From Pristiophorus japonicus (lineage: Eukaryota), in assembly GCF_044704955.1 (NCBI RefSeq), contig NC_091984.1, positions 148,056,001 to 148,120,000 on the forward strand: 64,000 nt of DNA, read 5' to 3'. Under the pieces are notes generated by a model. It saw only the letters and a list, made by a program, of their open reading frames with translations, ran no database searches and was not told the origin of the DNA. The position numbers and the translations under genes were made by a program. Below are positions 1 through 12,400 of the stretch, piece by piece. Position 1 is the first letter of the stretch; each line of letters starts with the position of its first letter.

Positions 1-1889
1 TCCGCAGCAGCGTACAAAAGTCGGATCCGGGCGACGAAATGCGTCCCGAACCCGAAAGCGCGCAGAGTTCCGAGCAGATAGTCGTGATCCACCCTGTCGA
101 ACGCCTTCTCTTGGTCAAGAGATAGGAAGGCGACCGACAGACCAGCCTCCTGGGAATGATGGATGAGGTCCCGGACCAGATGGATGTTGTCGTGGATTGT
201 CCGGCTCGGGACCATGTAGGACTGGTCGGGGTGGATCATGTGGTCCAGCATGGTGCCAAGGCGAGCAGACATCGCCCTGGCGAAGATTTTGTAGTCCGTG
301 CTGAGGAGGGAGACCGGGCGCCAGTTCTTAAGGAGGCGGAGATCGCCCTTCTTAGGCAGCAGGACGATGACTGCCCTGCGCCAAGAGAGGGGCATCTCCC
401 CGGTCGCCAGACTTTCCCCCAGGACCCGCGCGTAGTCGCTCCCCAGGACGTCCCAGAACGCCCTGTGGAACTCCACGGTCAGCCCGTCCAGCCCCGGGGA
501 TTTTCCCCTTGAGAGCCGGTTGAGGGCACCGGTCAGCTCCGCCAGGCTTAGCGGAGCTTCCAAATTTTCACCGCCCTCCGGGCTGACTTTCGGCAGGTCC
601 TCCCACAAAACTCTACACGCTTCCTCGCTGGACGGATCCGGAGAGAACAGAGCCCCGTAATATTCATGGGCCCTGTTGTTGACGCCCTCCGGATCCGAGA
701 CGAGAGAGCCGTCGTCGGCCAGCAGCGTCAAGAGCTGCTTACGGACACTCTGCCTTTTTTCCAGCGAGTAGAAGAAGGGGGAGCCGCGGTCCAGATCCCG
801 CAGGAACCGGATCCGTGACCTCACGAACGCGCCTCTGGACCCGATGAGCTGCAGTCCTTCAGCACGGCCTTCTTAGCTTCGTACACCGTCCGCAGGGCCG
901 GGTCCTCGACGACTTGACCGAGACGGGATTCCAGGTCGAGCACCTCTTTTTCTAGGCGCCCGACTCCGGCCGCCCGCCTCTTGGTCGACCCCCTCGCGTA
1001 CTCTTGACAGAAGACGCGGACGTGAGCCTTGCCCACGTCCCACCATAGCCTCAAGGAGGGGAAGCCCCCCTGCTTCCTTCTCCAGTCGGCCCAGAATCGA
1101 CGGAACGAGTCCTGGAACCGCACGTCCACCAGCAGCCGGTTGTTAAAGTGCCAGTACGCGGACCCCGTCCTCGCGCGGAGCGAAGCGAGCTCCGCCCACA
1201 CCAGGTGGTGGTCCGAACACGGCACCGGCCGCATGGAGGCCGCCGGGACGCAGGAAACGTACGCCTGAGACACGTAGAGGCGGTCGACTCTGGACCATCC
1301 TACTCCAGGCCTCACCCAAGCAAAGGCGCTGGAGTCGGGGTGGAGATTTCGACAAACGTCCACCAAGTCGAAGGACCCGACCAGGTCCCTCAACTTCTCC
1401 ATCACCGTCATGCTCTGCAGGGCACCGGAGCGGTCCCTCGCCTCGAGGGTGCAGTTAAAATCCCCCCCCGAGGACAATGCAGTCGCCGACGTCGACGGAG
1501 CCAAGAAGAGCGGACACTTCTTCGAAGAAGCGCGCCTGCTGCGGGCCGGGCTGAGGGGCGTACACGTTCACGAGATGGAGCGGCATGTCCCCTAGGCGAA
1601 CCGTTACGTGCAGCAAGCGGCCTGGCACGGGCTCCTCGACCCCCAAGATCTCCGGCTGAAAATGCGGGCCCAGCAAGATGGCCACCCCACTAGAAGTGGC
1701 GGTGAGGTGGCTCATGCGGACCTCTCCTTGCCATTCCAGGAGCCACGTGGCTTCGTCTCCCGGAACGCTGTGGGTTTCTTGCAGGAAGCACACCGTATAT
1801 TTCCCCTCCCGCAGGAGCGAAAAATTGTCAAATCTACGACATGCCCCTCTGCCGCCGTTGATGTTGAGGCTGGCTATGGTTATCTTCAT
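1..1889 (-). pseudogene. Tx1 ORF2 (endonuclease-RT), frameshifts near 1465 and 855
   Basis: ORFs 1455-1907 and 821-1504 are consecutive endonuclease parts; the frame change falls in the C-run at 1462-1470. Confidence 0.85.
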
Positions 1890-1919
1890 GACTAGAGCAT
1901 AGTGCAACCTCTACCTAAC

Positions 1920-4013
1920 CTATTGTGGGGGGGGAGTGGAGTCTTTTGTTGACCTCCACTCCCTCAGCAGCCCAGCGAGGAACTTTTTGAGCCGTCGCAG
2001 CTCAAGGCCTTGCGCCCTTGATAAGGGCCCGCCCGCGGCCATGGTTTAAGCGGCGACGCGGACGGAAGCGATGAGCAGCCCCGGCTCGGACCATCTTTCC
2101 CGGGCCAGATGGGTTCGGTTGCGGCGACCCTGGCTCTCGACCAAAAAGTCCCGGAGATCCTCTATGGGAATGAGGGGGGACTCAGCAGCGGCCGAGAGCA
2201 GATCCACCGCCTCACTGGCGATGGACTCGAGATCTTCACCTGCGTCCTCCACCGAGTCCCCGTCCTCCTCCGGGAGGTCGCCGCTAGCAGCCGGCCCGTC
2301 GACCGCACGAGGTACGGCAAACGGCCCGGCCGCTCCATCCGGCCCTGGCTCCGCCCCGATCCCACCCCCAGGATCGTCGGCAGAGGAGTCCCCACTGGGC
2401 TCTTTTAGAATTGGTGCTGGGTCGGGAAGCGACAGCGGAAGGGGGTCCTCCTCCGCCCCAGGAACCGGGGAACAAGGAGAGACCCGGCCACAGGAAATCC
2501 CCAGGCCCTCCAAGCGCTCCAGCTCCAAAGTAGGGGGCGAGGGTGGGTGTTCCTCCCCCTCCCCACCACCACCCCCGGCCCAGCGTGTACAGATTCATTA
2601 AAAGTGTTAATACTTTATATTTCTGCCGAGTCGAGCGACTCCCGGGGGAAGTTGGATATTGGCTGGGCGGGCTCAGGTTCGGCCTTTTCGACCCCGCCCG
2701 CCTCAGTCCCCGGGCTACTCGACCCGGCGGCAATGCATTCTTCCGCTGGCCCCACGCCCCCCCACGACAGGCAGATCTTTCACGCCATCCCCGGGAGGCA
2801 GCGGCTGGGCAGCCTCGACTGCTTCACCCTCCCCGGGGATAGATTCCTTGTGCCTACGGCGCAGTTTGGGGGCGCCGGTGGGGGACGCTGCGGGCACCGA
2901 CTCCTCCGCGGAGGGATGTTGTTCCCCCCCCCCGCCTCATTGGAGCGGCGCCTCCTTTTTTTCCTGGGGGGGCACGGAGACAGGGAGACACCCGTTTCTG
3001 CCGAGGCCTCCCGCTCCACTCCCCCCTTTTTCTTATCTTGCCCGCGCCCGAACCCCTCTGCGGTATTAGTCAAGGGCTCGGGCACGGGCTCAGGGCACCC
3101 CGCGCTCGCCGGTGACGGGGTTGGGCCGAGCGCGGTGAACAGCTTGTCTGGCGCACTAAGGGGACCCGCCTCTAGGTGTTTCGCCTTCTTCTGCGCCTTC
3201 TTTCCGGTCAGACGCTCTCCCTCCCCCCCGCCGGAAGCCGTGAAAACAAAGGCCCCCGACGATGCCCGCGCACCCACAGCTCCCGGCACGCGGACGCTAC
3301 TAGGGGGAGGGGTGGCGGCGGCGCCAGCCTTGGCCGCCCTCGGTGATTTGGCGGCTTTGGAGGCGGGGCAATTCTTGCGAACGTGCCCCACCTCCCTGCA
3401 GGCATGGGCACTGCACGCCGTCCTACGTCCAAAAGATGCGGTAGGCAGTCCCCTTGTGCACCACATTAAAACTACCCTCTGTCGTCTCTTCCCGCGCCAG
3501 CCGGACAAAGAGCTGGCGGCGGAAGGAGAACACGTGGCGCAGGCTGTTCTCCCTGAGGCCGAGCGGTATGGGGTTGATCCCCGACCTTACCTCTCCCAGT
3601 TGGTGTCAGTGAGGGAGGAGGAGCTCAGCGGGAACAAAGGGCGGGACGTTTGATAGAATGACCCTCTGCGCGGTAGCCTCGAGAGGGTCCACCGGCAGGA
3701 ACACCCCGCCCACCGTGAGCCGCTTTTCAATGGCCAGGGACACCACCCGCTCCGACCCCAGGAAGAACACAGCCTTCCCAGACATCTTGGAGGCTGCGAC
3801 AATGGCCGAGGGGCCGACTACCCCAGCCATCGCCTGCACGCACTCCTCAATGCTCATTGTGGGGTGAGTGTAGCTCTTGACCCCGTATTTCTTAGTTATA
3901 AGTCTGAATGGTGGCAGGGCAGCAGGTGGCACAGGAGGTGCCGTGGATGTGGATGCCGCCTGCGCATAAGTCCTAGCTGGCCCTGCCACCGGCGTAGATG
4001 GGGTCGCCATCAC
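1920..4013 (-). pseudogene. Tx1 ORF1 (gag-like, zinc knuckle), frameshifted
   Basis: Three consecutive ORF-track fragments in different frames; the first starts MMATPSTPVAGPARTYAQAAS. Confidence 0.75.
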
Positions 4014-4925
4014 GGGGTCCCTTTAAGGGCTACACCTACCCCAAAGTCACAAGCCTTAATGGTCTTTAAATGGCCTCGTTTAATAGACTGAGCAGAGGAG
4101 CTCTTAACGAGGCACACCTCTCCCCTAGTTGACAATTGGGGAGGGGCCTTGCTCCCTCTGCTCAGTTGTCTTAATTGTTTTATATTTTTCCAATCAATTT
4201 GGGAGGAAAGGGCTCTCAGAGAGAGAGGGGAGAGACAGAGAGTAACAGAGAAAGAGAGAGGGGGTGGGAAGGGGGGAAACTGCGAGGGCAGGTCTCCCCT
4301 CGCAGCTGTGGGTGGGTGCAATCCCCAGATGGCAAACAAAAAATAGTCCTTGGGGTGGTCTTCGGGTGAGGGGAGAAGATGTCTTCACCTGGTGCAGCTG
4401 GAGCCACACAGGCACACACTCCCAACGATGTTAATTAGGGTGGATTAATTGTTTCTTAGCCTGGTAGCTCCAGCTATCCCAGGCTAGGCAATGGTGGAGG
4501 GGTGCTTCAAAGGTGTGTGGGGCCCAGTTGTAAGCAAGGCCCCCACACACACTTCCACACACACCCCCCCCGCGATGTTCCGGCCCCCGACTGGTCTTCT
4601 TTCCTCCCCCCACCGATACAGCAAAGTCTTTTAGGGACTGCACCAATACACCCACCTGTAGAATGGTAGAGTCTCCCTCCTTCCACACTGGATGTTGTTG
4701 TTGGTCTTTCCCCCTCTCTCCAACTCTTTGTAGAAATGGTGAAGTTGTTAAAGTTTTCTGCTTTTTCCTCCTCTCCCTCTGGGTGAAAGTTGGTGGTGAA
4801 GCCCCTTCCTTCCTTCCTTCTCTTCCTGGGCTGATTCACAGGCCCAGCCAGGAGCAAAAGCAGCAGCTCCTTCTCTCACTGCTCACAGCTCCAACTGTTT
4901 AGGCCACGCCTCCACTGCTCCACAA

Positions 4926-5632
4926 TTGGCCCAGGTGCAACAGGTAATCAGGAAGGCGAATGGAATGTTGGCCTTCATTGCGAGAGGGATGGAGTACAAA
5001 AGCAGCGAGGTCCTGCTGCAACTGTATAGGGTATTGGTGAGGCCGCACCTAGAGTACTGCGTGCAGTTTTGGTCACCTTACTTAAGGAAGGATATACTAG
5101 CTTTGGAGGGTGTACAGAGACGATTCACTAGGCTGATTCCAGAGGTGATGGGGTTACCTTATGATGATAGATTGAGTAGACTGGGTCTTTACTCGTTGGA
5201 GTTCAGAAGGATGAGGGGTGATCTTATAGAAACATTTAAAAGAATGAAAGGGATAGACAAGATAGAGGCAGAGAGTTTGTTTCCACTGGTCAGGGAGACG
5301 AGAACTAGGGGGCACAGCCTCAAAATACGGGCCAATTTAAAACCGAGTTGAGAAGGAATTTCTTCTCCCAGAGGGTTGTGAATCTGTGGAATTCTCTGCC
5401 CAAGGAAGCAGTTGAGGCTAGCTCATTGAATGTATTCAAGTCACAGATAGATAGATTTTTAACCAATAAGGGAATTAAGGGTTATGGGGAGCGGGCGGGT
5501 AAGTGGAGCTGAGTCCACGGCCAGATCAGTCATGATCTTGTCGAATGGCGGAGCAGGCTCGAGGGGCTAGATGACCTACTCCTGTTCCTAATTCTTCTGT
5601 TCTTATGTTCTTATGTTCTTATGTTCTTATGT
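4926..5632 (+). mobile_element. CR1 LINE 3' fragment with (ATGTTCTT)n tail
   Basis: LYRVLVRPHLEYCVQFWSP..RRMRGDLIE..TRGH motif; octamer-repeat tail at ~5600-5632. Confidence 0.9.
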
Positions 5633-6892
5633 CCTGATCTGGCGGGCCGTAATGGGGGATTTCTCATTCTCAAATGCCTCCATGACCATAAGCAAGTCCG
5701 CTGGCTGTGCCATTTCCACCCCAGTGGTGGGCAACGGTAACCGACTGAGAGCATCTGTGCAGTTCTCTGTGCCCGGTCTGTGGCGAATTACACAGTTGCA
5801 TGCCAACAGCATGAGCACCCATCTTTGGATGCAGGCAGAGGCATTGGTATTTATCGTTTGCTCTCTGAGAACAGCGAAATGAGCGGCTTGTGATCTGTTT
5901 CAAGTTCGAACGTCAGGCCAAGCAAGTACTGGTGCATTTTTTTTACAATGTAAACACAAGCCAGAGTCTCTTTTTCAATCATGCTGTAGGCCCTTTCGGC
6001 CTTGGACAAACTCCTAGATGGATATGCAACCGGTTGCAAAATCCCCAATTCATTAGCCTGTTGTAAAACACACCCGAACTTGTATGATGACGCATCGCAA
6101 GCTAACACTAGTCGTTTACATGGGTTATACAGGACAAGCAGTTTGTTAGAACACAGTAAATTTCTGGCTTTCTTAAAAGCAGCCTCTTGTGAATTCCCCC
6201 ATACCCAGTCGTCTCCCCTGCGCAGTAGCGCATGCAAGGGTTCTAGTAGGGTGCTTAACCCAGGTAGGAAATTACCGAAGTAGTTCAGGAGTCCCAGAAA
6301 CGACGGCAGTTCTGTGGTCACAGCGTGTTCTTGATGGCCTCCGTCTTGGCGTCGGTCGGTCTGATGCCATCTGCTGCGATCCTTCTTCCTAATAATTCAA
6401 CCTCCTGTGCCAGGAATACACACTTTGAGCGTTTCAACCTGAGCCCCACGCGATCCAACCGACTAAGAACCTCATCCATAGTGCTCCATAGTGTCCCAAC
6501 CTGTAACCAATATGTTGTCCTGGAAGACCAGTGTACAAGGAACCGACTTTAGCAGGCTTTCCATGTTTTGCTGGAAGATTGCTGCAGCCGACCGAATCCC
6601 GAACGGGCACCGGTTCTAAATGAATAGACCTTTGTGCGAGTTGATGCAGGTGGGGCCTTTTGAAGACTCCTCCAGCTCCTGCACCATGTAGGCCGAGGTC
6701 AGGTCCAGCTTGTGAACGTCTTCCCTCCAGCAAGGTCGCAAAAGGGCGTCTGCCTTGGGTAGCGAAAAACGGTTCATTGTTACTTTATAGTCACCGCAAA
6801 TTCTAACTGTACTGTCCTCCTTGAGTATGGGAACAATCAGGCCGGCCCAGTGTTGAATTCCACCGGCGCGATGATGCCCTCACGTTACAGCC

Positions 6893-7368
6893 TGTGGAAG
6901 AAAACGATCTCTGTAGTATGGTAAAGGGAAGGGTTAAAATCACTTCTTGCTGATATTGTAGAAATAATGGAGCTAGAGAAAACACCCAAACTTCTTTGTC
7001 TTGAGAAAACAAAAATTGATTATCTGTTCCCTGCATGAGTCTCCTAAAACTGATTATTGACACAGACAGGGAGAAACTGATTATTGACACAGACAGGGAG
7101 AAATTATGCAAGAACAGATAATGTGTGCCTTCCGGGATGACCTTTGTATTCTCGGAGTAATATGATTAATGTTAATGTGTGGAATTTGAAGATAAAACTC
7201 CTCTTTTTACTGTATAAATATGGCGCGGGTTTTCCTGTAAAAGTCAGAGTTCTGCCTTAGTGTGGACTAAGCGGGCTCTCCGAGATATCTCGTTAGAAAT
7301 AAACTTTCTCTCGAAGCACGGCTCTGAAAGTCTCCGCTGAGTTAATTTAAGCTAAAATTTCTTCGACA
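6893..7368 (+). repeat. ERV 5' LTR
   Basis: TGTGGAAG...CTTCGACA; 27-bp U3 tandem repeat (AAACTGATTATTGACACAGACAGGGAG x2); TATAAATA ~7213; AATAAA ~7298. Confidence 0.97.
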
Positions 7369-7373
7369 GATTC

Positions 7374-7392
7374 TGGCGTAGTCAGGCAGGAT
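7374..7392 (+). promoter_or_regulatory. Primer-binding site complementary to tRNA-Ser
   Basis: TGGCGTAGTCAGGCAGGAT versus the complement of the vertebrate tRNA-Ser 3' end, TGGCGTAGTCGGCAGGAT (one extra A). Confidence 0.8.
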
Positions 7393-7713
7393 CTCTAAAA
7401 ACGAGATCCAAAAGAACCAAATTTAACTTTGAAAAGAGAAAAGAGGAATTTTAAGGACCTTCCTAGCTGAAAGGGGGAAGGTACCAAGGCCGTCCTAGCT
7501 AAAAGGGGGACGAGCCACCAAGATCCCTTGAAGGGTGAGGCATTTAAGGTAGCTACCACAAAGAAGCTAAAATAACAAGAAAGCAATAAGGAGACCCCGA
7601 GCTGAGCGGAAAAGAGAACACCGGTGAGCGCTTTGTAAAATATTACTGTATATTTTGTCGGAGTGTCCTTAATTCTCATTTCAGAAAAATCGCGAGACAT
7701 CGCACCCGGAAGA

Positions 7714-9414
7714 ATGGGAAACAGCTCTAGTCGAGCAGGGCGCTCGCGCCCAGCTCCTAGAAAAGGAAAGAAAGACGACCCCTTGACCAAAGGAATGAAA
7801 TTACATTCTAAAACCGAAAAGAGAATCCGTAAGGTAGTAAAGCAACGAGAGAAGGTAGGAGATCCAATTGTGCCGCCCGGCTCGCCGGCGGACACTGTAA
7901 TTAAAGAAACAGGAGATGACCGATACGCGGTAACGTTTAGTAGCGATTTGTACGGTTGGTCTGATGGGGATTGGCCATATGGAGGAAGTTTTAAACTATC
8001 TTTAATTGAGGAATGGAGAAAAATAACCAAGGAAGGAGGGGGAGACCCTACTTGGGACAAGGATTACATGGAAAATTGTTTTAATAAATGGATTGAGGTT
8101 GCTAAGAGACATCAGCCTCCGAAAAATAAAAATTCGGAGAATAAATCAGGAGGAAAAGAAAAGGGGGAAAATGAAAAACCTCCCTCTTATAGCCCTCCAA
8201 ACCTCCCTATCCCCTCAGCACCCACTGTGGGACTTTATCCTCGTATAGAACCCCCAAAGCGAAATAGCTGGCAGGAAATTATAGAAATGGTTATTGCCCA
8301 TAGAGATCAAGCCCAGAGAGAACTAGCTGTCCTCCCGGCCCCACCACCTAATGGAGGAGCCGATGGAGGAAACCCGGAGGTATTAGGAGCAGGGGCTGAA
8401 GCAGCAGAGGGAGGGGAAGTCAATCAGAGATCTGGGATGAGTTCTCGACTAAGGTCGCAAACAACCCCAGCCCAGGCAGAAGCCGACTCTACCCTCCTCC
8501 TCCAAAATCCCAGGGTAATGATAGGAACCACAGCGGTTTTAAAACCCTGGTCCCCGGGAGAGGCCAGAGATATGATCTCTGCCGCCCCAAACCCAGTAAA
8601 GAAACCTATAGCATTTCACAACTGGCTTGAGCAGACATGTACGATTTACAATCCGCTACCGGGGGATATTAAATTATTATTACAAGCAGCCTACGGATCC
8701 TCCTGGCAGGGAGTAAAAGATATGTTCTCGATCCCGCCAGGAGAAAGGGAGGATTGGAGAGTTGATGATACCTTGCTGGACAACGGCAATGAGTCATTAA
8801 CTCACTGGCTGCAACATAGGGGAAAAAATGCAATTCTGAAGGGAGCTAAAAAACATGGGGACATTGGGGAAGTCAACCGCTGTCTGCAGAAAGCGGAAGA
8901 ATCAATGATAGATTTCGCAGGCAGGTGGAAAAATAGCTGGGACGAGCATGCAGGAATACCCTTGGATCAAAACGAACTTTTAGCAGTGCAGACTTTGTTG
9001 AATTGTATGTTACCACAGCATGCCAGAACGTACAAGATCAAGGTCTTGGACTGGCAAGGAAAAAACTGGAAGGAAACAATTACAGTACTGGCAAACATGG
9101 ACAGGGAGGGACTATTTACCTACAAAGATAACAAAGCCAAAACAGCAGGACAATACTATCAGCAGAAAGGAAGAGGACAAGCACAGAATAGAGGAGGGTT
9201 TGGGGGAAGGAGGGGAGGAGGAAGAGGACAGTGGTCCCAGCGAGATCGCTCGCAAGATGAGTGTAGAAATTGCGGAAGGAAGGGGCACTGGGCTCGAGAT
9301 TGTAGGTGCCCACCTAAACAGTTTGGAGGGTTACAGGGGAATTTCCCCGAACCTACACCTCCACTGGCCCCTCAATTTTCCTTTTCTAACCCCAACCCGC
9401 ACCAATCAGCATAG
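7714..9414 (+). CDS. gag: Retroviral Gag
   Basis: ATG at 7714 gives MGNSSS (myristoylation motif); PPSY, PSAP and LYPRI late-domain motifs; single CCHC knuckle CRNCGRKGHWARDC; ends in TAG. Confidence 0.93.
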   Translation: MGNSSSRAGRSRPAPRKGKKDDPLTKGMKLHSKTEKRIRKVVKQREKVGDPIVPPGSPADTVIKETGDDRYAVTFSSDLYGWSDGDWPYGGSFKLSLIEEWRKITKEGGGDPTWDKDYMENCFNKWIEVAKRHQPPKNKNSENKSGGKEKGENEKPPSYSPPNLPIPSAPTVGLYPRIEPPKRNSWQEIIEMVIAHRDQAQRELAVLPAPPPNGGADGGNPEVLGAGAEAAEGGEVNQRSGMSSRLRSQTTPAQAEADSTLLLQNPRVMIGTTAVLKPWSPGEARDMISAAPNPVKKPIAFHNWLEQTCTIYNPLPGDIKLLLQAAYGSSWQGVKDMFSIPPGEREDWRVDDTLLDNGNESLTHWLQHRGKNAILKGAKKHGDIGEVNRCLQKAEESMIDFAGRWKNSWDEHAGIPLDQNELLAVQTLLNCMLPQHARTYKIKVLDWQGKNWKETITVLANMDREGLFTYKDNKAKTAGQYYQQKGRGQAQNRGGFGGRRGGGRGQWSQRDRSQDECRNCGRKGHWARDCRCPPKQFGGLQGNFPEPTPPLAPQFSFSNPNPHQSA

Positions 9415-12400
9415 GGATGCCCTGGAGGTGTAGTGGTACAGGCGGCAACCCTCCGCTTATCTACAGACATAGAAGAGAATCCTTTGGCAGTAATAAAACT
9501 GGGAAACACTGATGTAAAGTTTCTGGTGGATACCGGTGCTACTATGTCTTCTGTACCACCCTCTGTGGGATTACCTGTAAGCAACACTACCGTCTTGAGC
9601 ATGGGAGTGGCCGGTATCCCCCTGAAAGAATTTTTGTCCGAACCTACTAAATTGACAATTGAAGGACACCAAGTAGATAATGAGAGTTTGATAGTCTCTC
9701 AAACAGCCCCTCTCCCCTTATTAGGAAGACAGACTTTGTGCAAACTAGGAGCCACAATATATTGCACAAAGGAAGGGATGTTCATGGAGCTCCCTCAAAA
9801 TAAAATCCATCAGTTCTTTGATGGGATTAAAAGGGAGGAGGGGGAAGATAACAAAGAAAAGGCTGCCCTCTATTGTTGGCAATTGAGTGACAACTTCTAT
9901 TCCCCCCTGATACAGGATATTGTAAAAAACTTAAAAGCTAAATTTGACTCTAATGCGGACGAACTGATGTATATCATCTTAACAAGCTTTGAGGCGGTTC
10001 AGCTTCACTGCACAGCCTGGTACACTCGACAAAAAGCTGAAACTTACCAGTGCTTAATACAGCCCTTTCTAGATAAAGAAGAGATAATAGAAGCTACACC
10101 CCGCATTTATTTCGGACCAGAAGGATTAGGGGTAGCCATGGATTTGACACCCTTACAGCAGAAGCGGTTTAAAGAAGAGAACTCGACACCCCATCTGACA
10201 TTGGCTGTAAAACCGCTGGCGAAACCCAAAGATATGGGTCCGATGATTGTAGAAATAGAAAAGGAGAAGCAGCATCAAGGCTATAGACCTTGGGCAGTAA
10301 TAGAATTACAGAATGTCCAGATAGCATTTATCACCCGTTCCAGGGGAATTCTCCAGTGGAAAGGTAAAAGTTATGCCTCCACCTTTAAAAAACAGCAACC
10401 CCCTGGACAACCGAGCCCTAAGCTGCCAATGGCATTGAATCAAGTGTCTTCTGAACTTTGGGCAAAACATAAGAATCATGTTGGGAAGGTACATTCTGCA
10501 GCACCCCACCGGGTACGACTGATAAAGAACGCCGTGTTACCAAGCATTAAGCAGTACACACTGCCTCCAGAGGCAGAAGATGGGATAGAGCCAGTCATTT
10601 CTGCATTGTTGGAACAAGGAGTTCTAGAAAAGACACAGAGCCCGTGTAACACTCCGATACTGCCCATACCAAAGGTTAATAGGCCGAATGAGTGGAGATT
10701 TGTGCAAGATCTAAGAGCTATTAATAAGATAGTAGTCCCTATCACCCCTGTGGTACCGGACACCAACATTGTGCTATCTGCCATCCCACCAACAGCAACT
10801 GTCTTTACTGTGATAGATTTGTGCTCAGCCTTTTTCTCCATCCCAGTAAATCAAGAGAGTCAGTATCTGTTTGCTTTCACCGACAAGAAACAGCAGTACA
10901 CATGGACCCGGTTGCCCCAAGGGTACACCGAAAGCCCCGCAGTATATGCAGCAGCAGTAAAAAGAGACCTAGAAGACTGTTTATTATCAGACCAGTCTGT
11001 ACTGTTACAATATGCGGATGATTTGCTTGTGGCTTCCAGCCACGGATACAGATGCATGCAAGATTCCCTGAAATTATTACAACACCTATGTGAAAGAGGG
11101 CACCGAGTATCATTACAAAAGCTACAATTTTGCCAGACTCAAGTCCAGTACCTGGGTTTCCACATATCTCAAGGGCAGAGGCAGCTAGGACCCGAAAGAA
11201 TTCAGACTATTCAGAGTATCCCCATACCAAAGACAAAAAAGGATATTTTGTCTTTTTTGGGGATGGTTGGGTACTGCAGACAGTGGATCCCTGATTATCG
11301 AGAATGGGATGCGGTCCTAAGATCAGCTGCCCTAAATGATGCCCCACCCAAGGTAGAGTGGACCCCAGAGAGGGAGGAGGTGTTTGAACAGTTAAAGAAA
11401 GCTATCACTAACGCTCCGGCATTGGGACTTCCAAACTATTCTAAACCCTTTCAGATGTATGTGAATGAGAAAGAAGGATTTGCAACGGCGGTATTAACCC
11501 AAGAACATGGTGGGGGAAATAGACCAGTGGCCTATTATTCGGTTTTACTTCCTCCAGTAGTGAGGGGAATGCCAGCATGTCTACGCGCTGTAGCCGCTAC
11601 TGCGGTCATGGTGGAGAAGTCAGTACCTATTGTTTTGGACTATCCGTGTACTGTCGTTACAGCTCATGCAGTGCTATTACTATTGAACTCTGCCGCCACC
11701 CAGCATTTCACAGCATCTAGAAGAACAGGTTATGAAGTACTGCTGCTATCACACTCTAACTACACCTTTCAACGCGCGCCGATAGTAAACCCCGCCACTT
11801 TTGTTCCCACTAGAGAAATAGAGGATCCAGACCAGCATGACTGTCTGTTAACAGTGGAATTAGCCACCTTGCCGAGACCAGATTTGCTCACAGAGCCCAT
11901 GGACAATCCTGATCTCATTCTCTATACGGATGGGTCATCGTACAGACCATCAGATAATTTGCTTTTGTCAGGCTATGCAATTGTAAGCCCCCATGAAACT
12001 GTTGAAGCATTTGCCCTGCCTCCTGGAACCTCGGCTCAGGCTGCTGAATTATTTGCCCTCACCAGAGCTTGTATAATAGCAAAAGATCAAACTACCAATA
12101 TCTATACTGATTCTAGATATGCATTCGGTGTGGTCCATGATTTTGGACAACTATGGAAAAACAGAGGCTTTATCACCTCTGGTGGAAAGCATATTAAGCA
12201 CTCTCAATTGGTGCTTAATCTATTAGACACCATTCAGTTGCCAAATAAGGTAGCCGTTATCAAATGTGCAGCACACACAATCGGTGAGGATGAAGTGTCA
12301 GTGGGAAATAGGAGGGCTGATGAAGCAGCCAAACAGGTCGCTTCGGCACAGACAGACTGCCTTCAAGCAGTCTCAGTCACCCTTCCACAGACACTTGACG

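Larger units (their letters stand above)
1..4925 (-). mobile_element. Tx1-clade non-LTR retrotransposon (5' UTR, ORF1, 5' part of ORF2), frameshifted; runs off the left edge
   Basis: ORF1 pieces 3606-4013, 2780-3508 (CCHC knuckle ACREVGHVRKNC) and 2046-2528. ORF2 AP-endonuclease MKITIASLNING..FLQETH..GGDFN..SDHHLV, followed by WWDVGK and the RT N-terminus (KSPGLDGL..WRPVSLLSTDYKI..DQEKAFDRV read on the minus strand). Confidence 0.9.

Noticed and set aside
2071-3653. Long + strand ORFs (176 and 368 aa)
   Set aside because: Antisense shadows of the GC-rich Tx1 ORF1.
7663-7713. GTG-initiated N-terminal extension of Gag (glyco-Gag-like)
   Set aside because: Only 17 aa with no TM segment; ATG 7714 gives a proper myristoylation start.
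7395-8060. 221-aa antisense ORF across the ERV leader and gag
   Set aside because: Complement of A-rich sequence with no recognisable domain or supporting signals.
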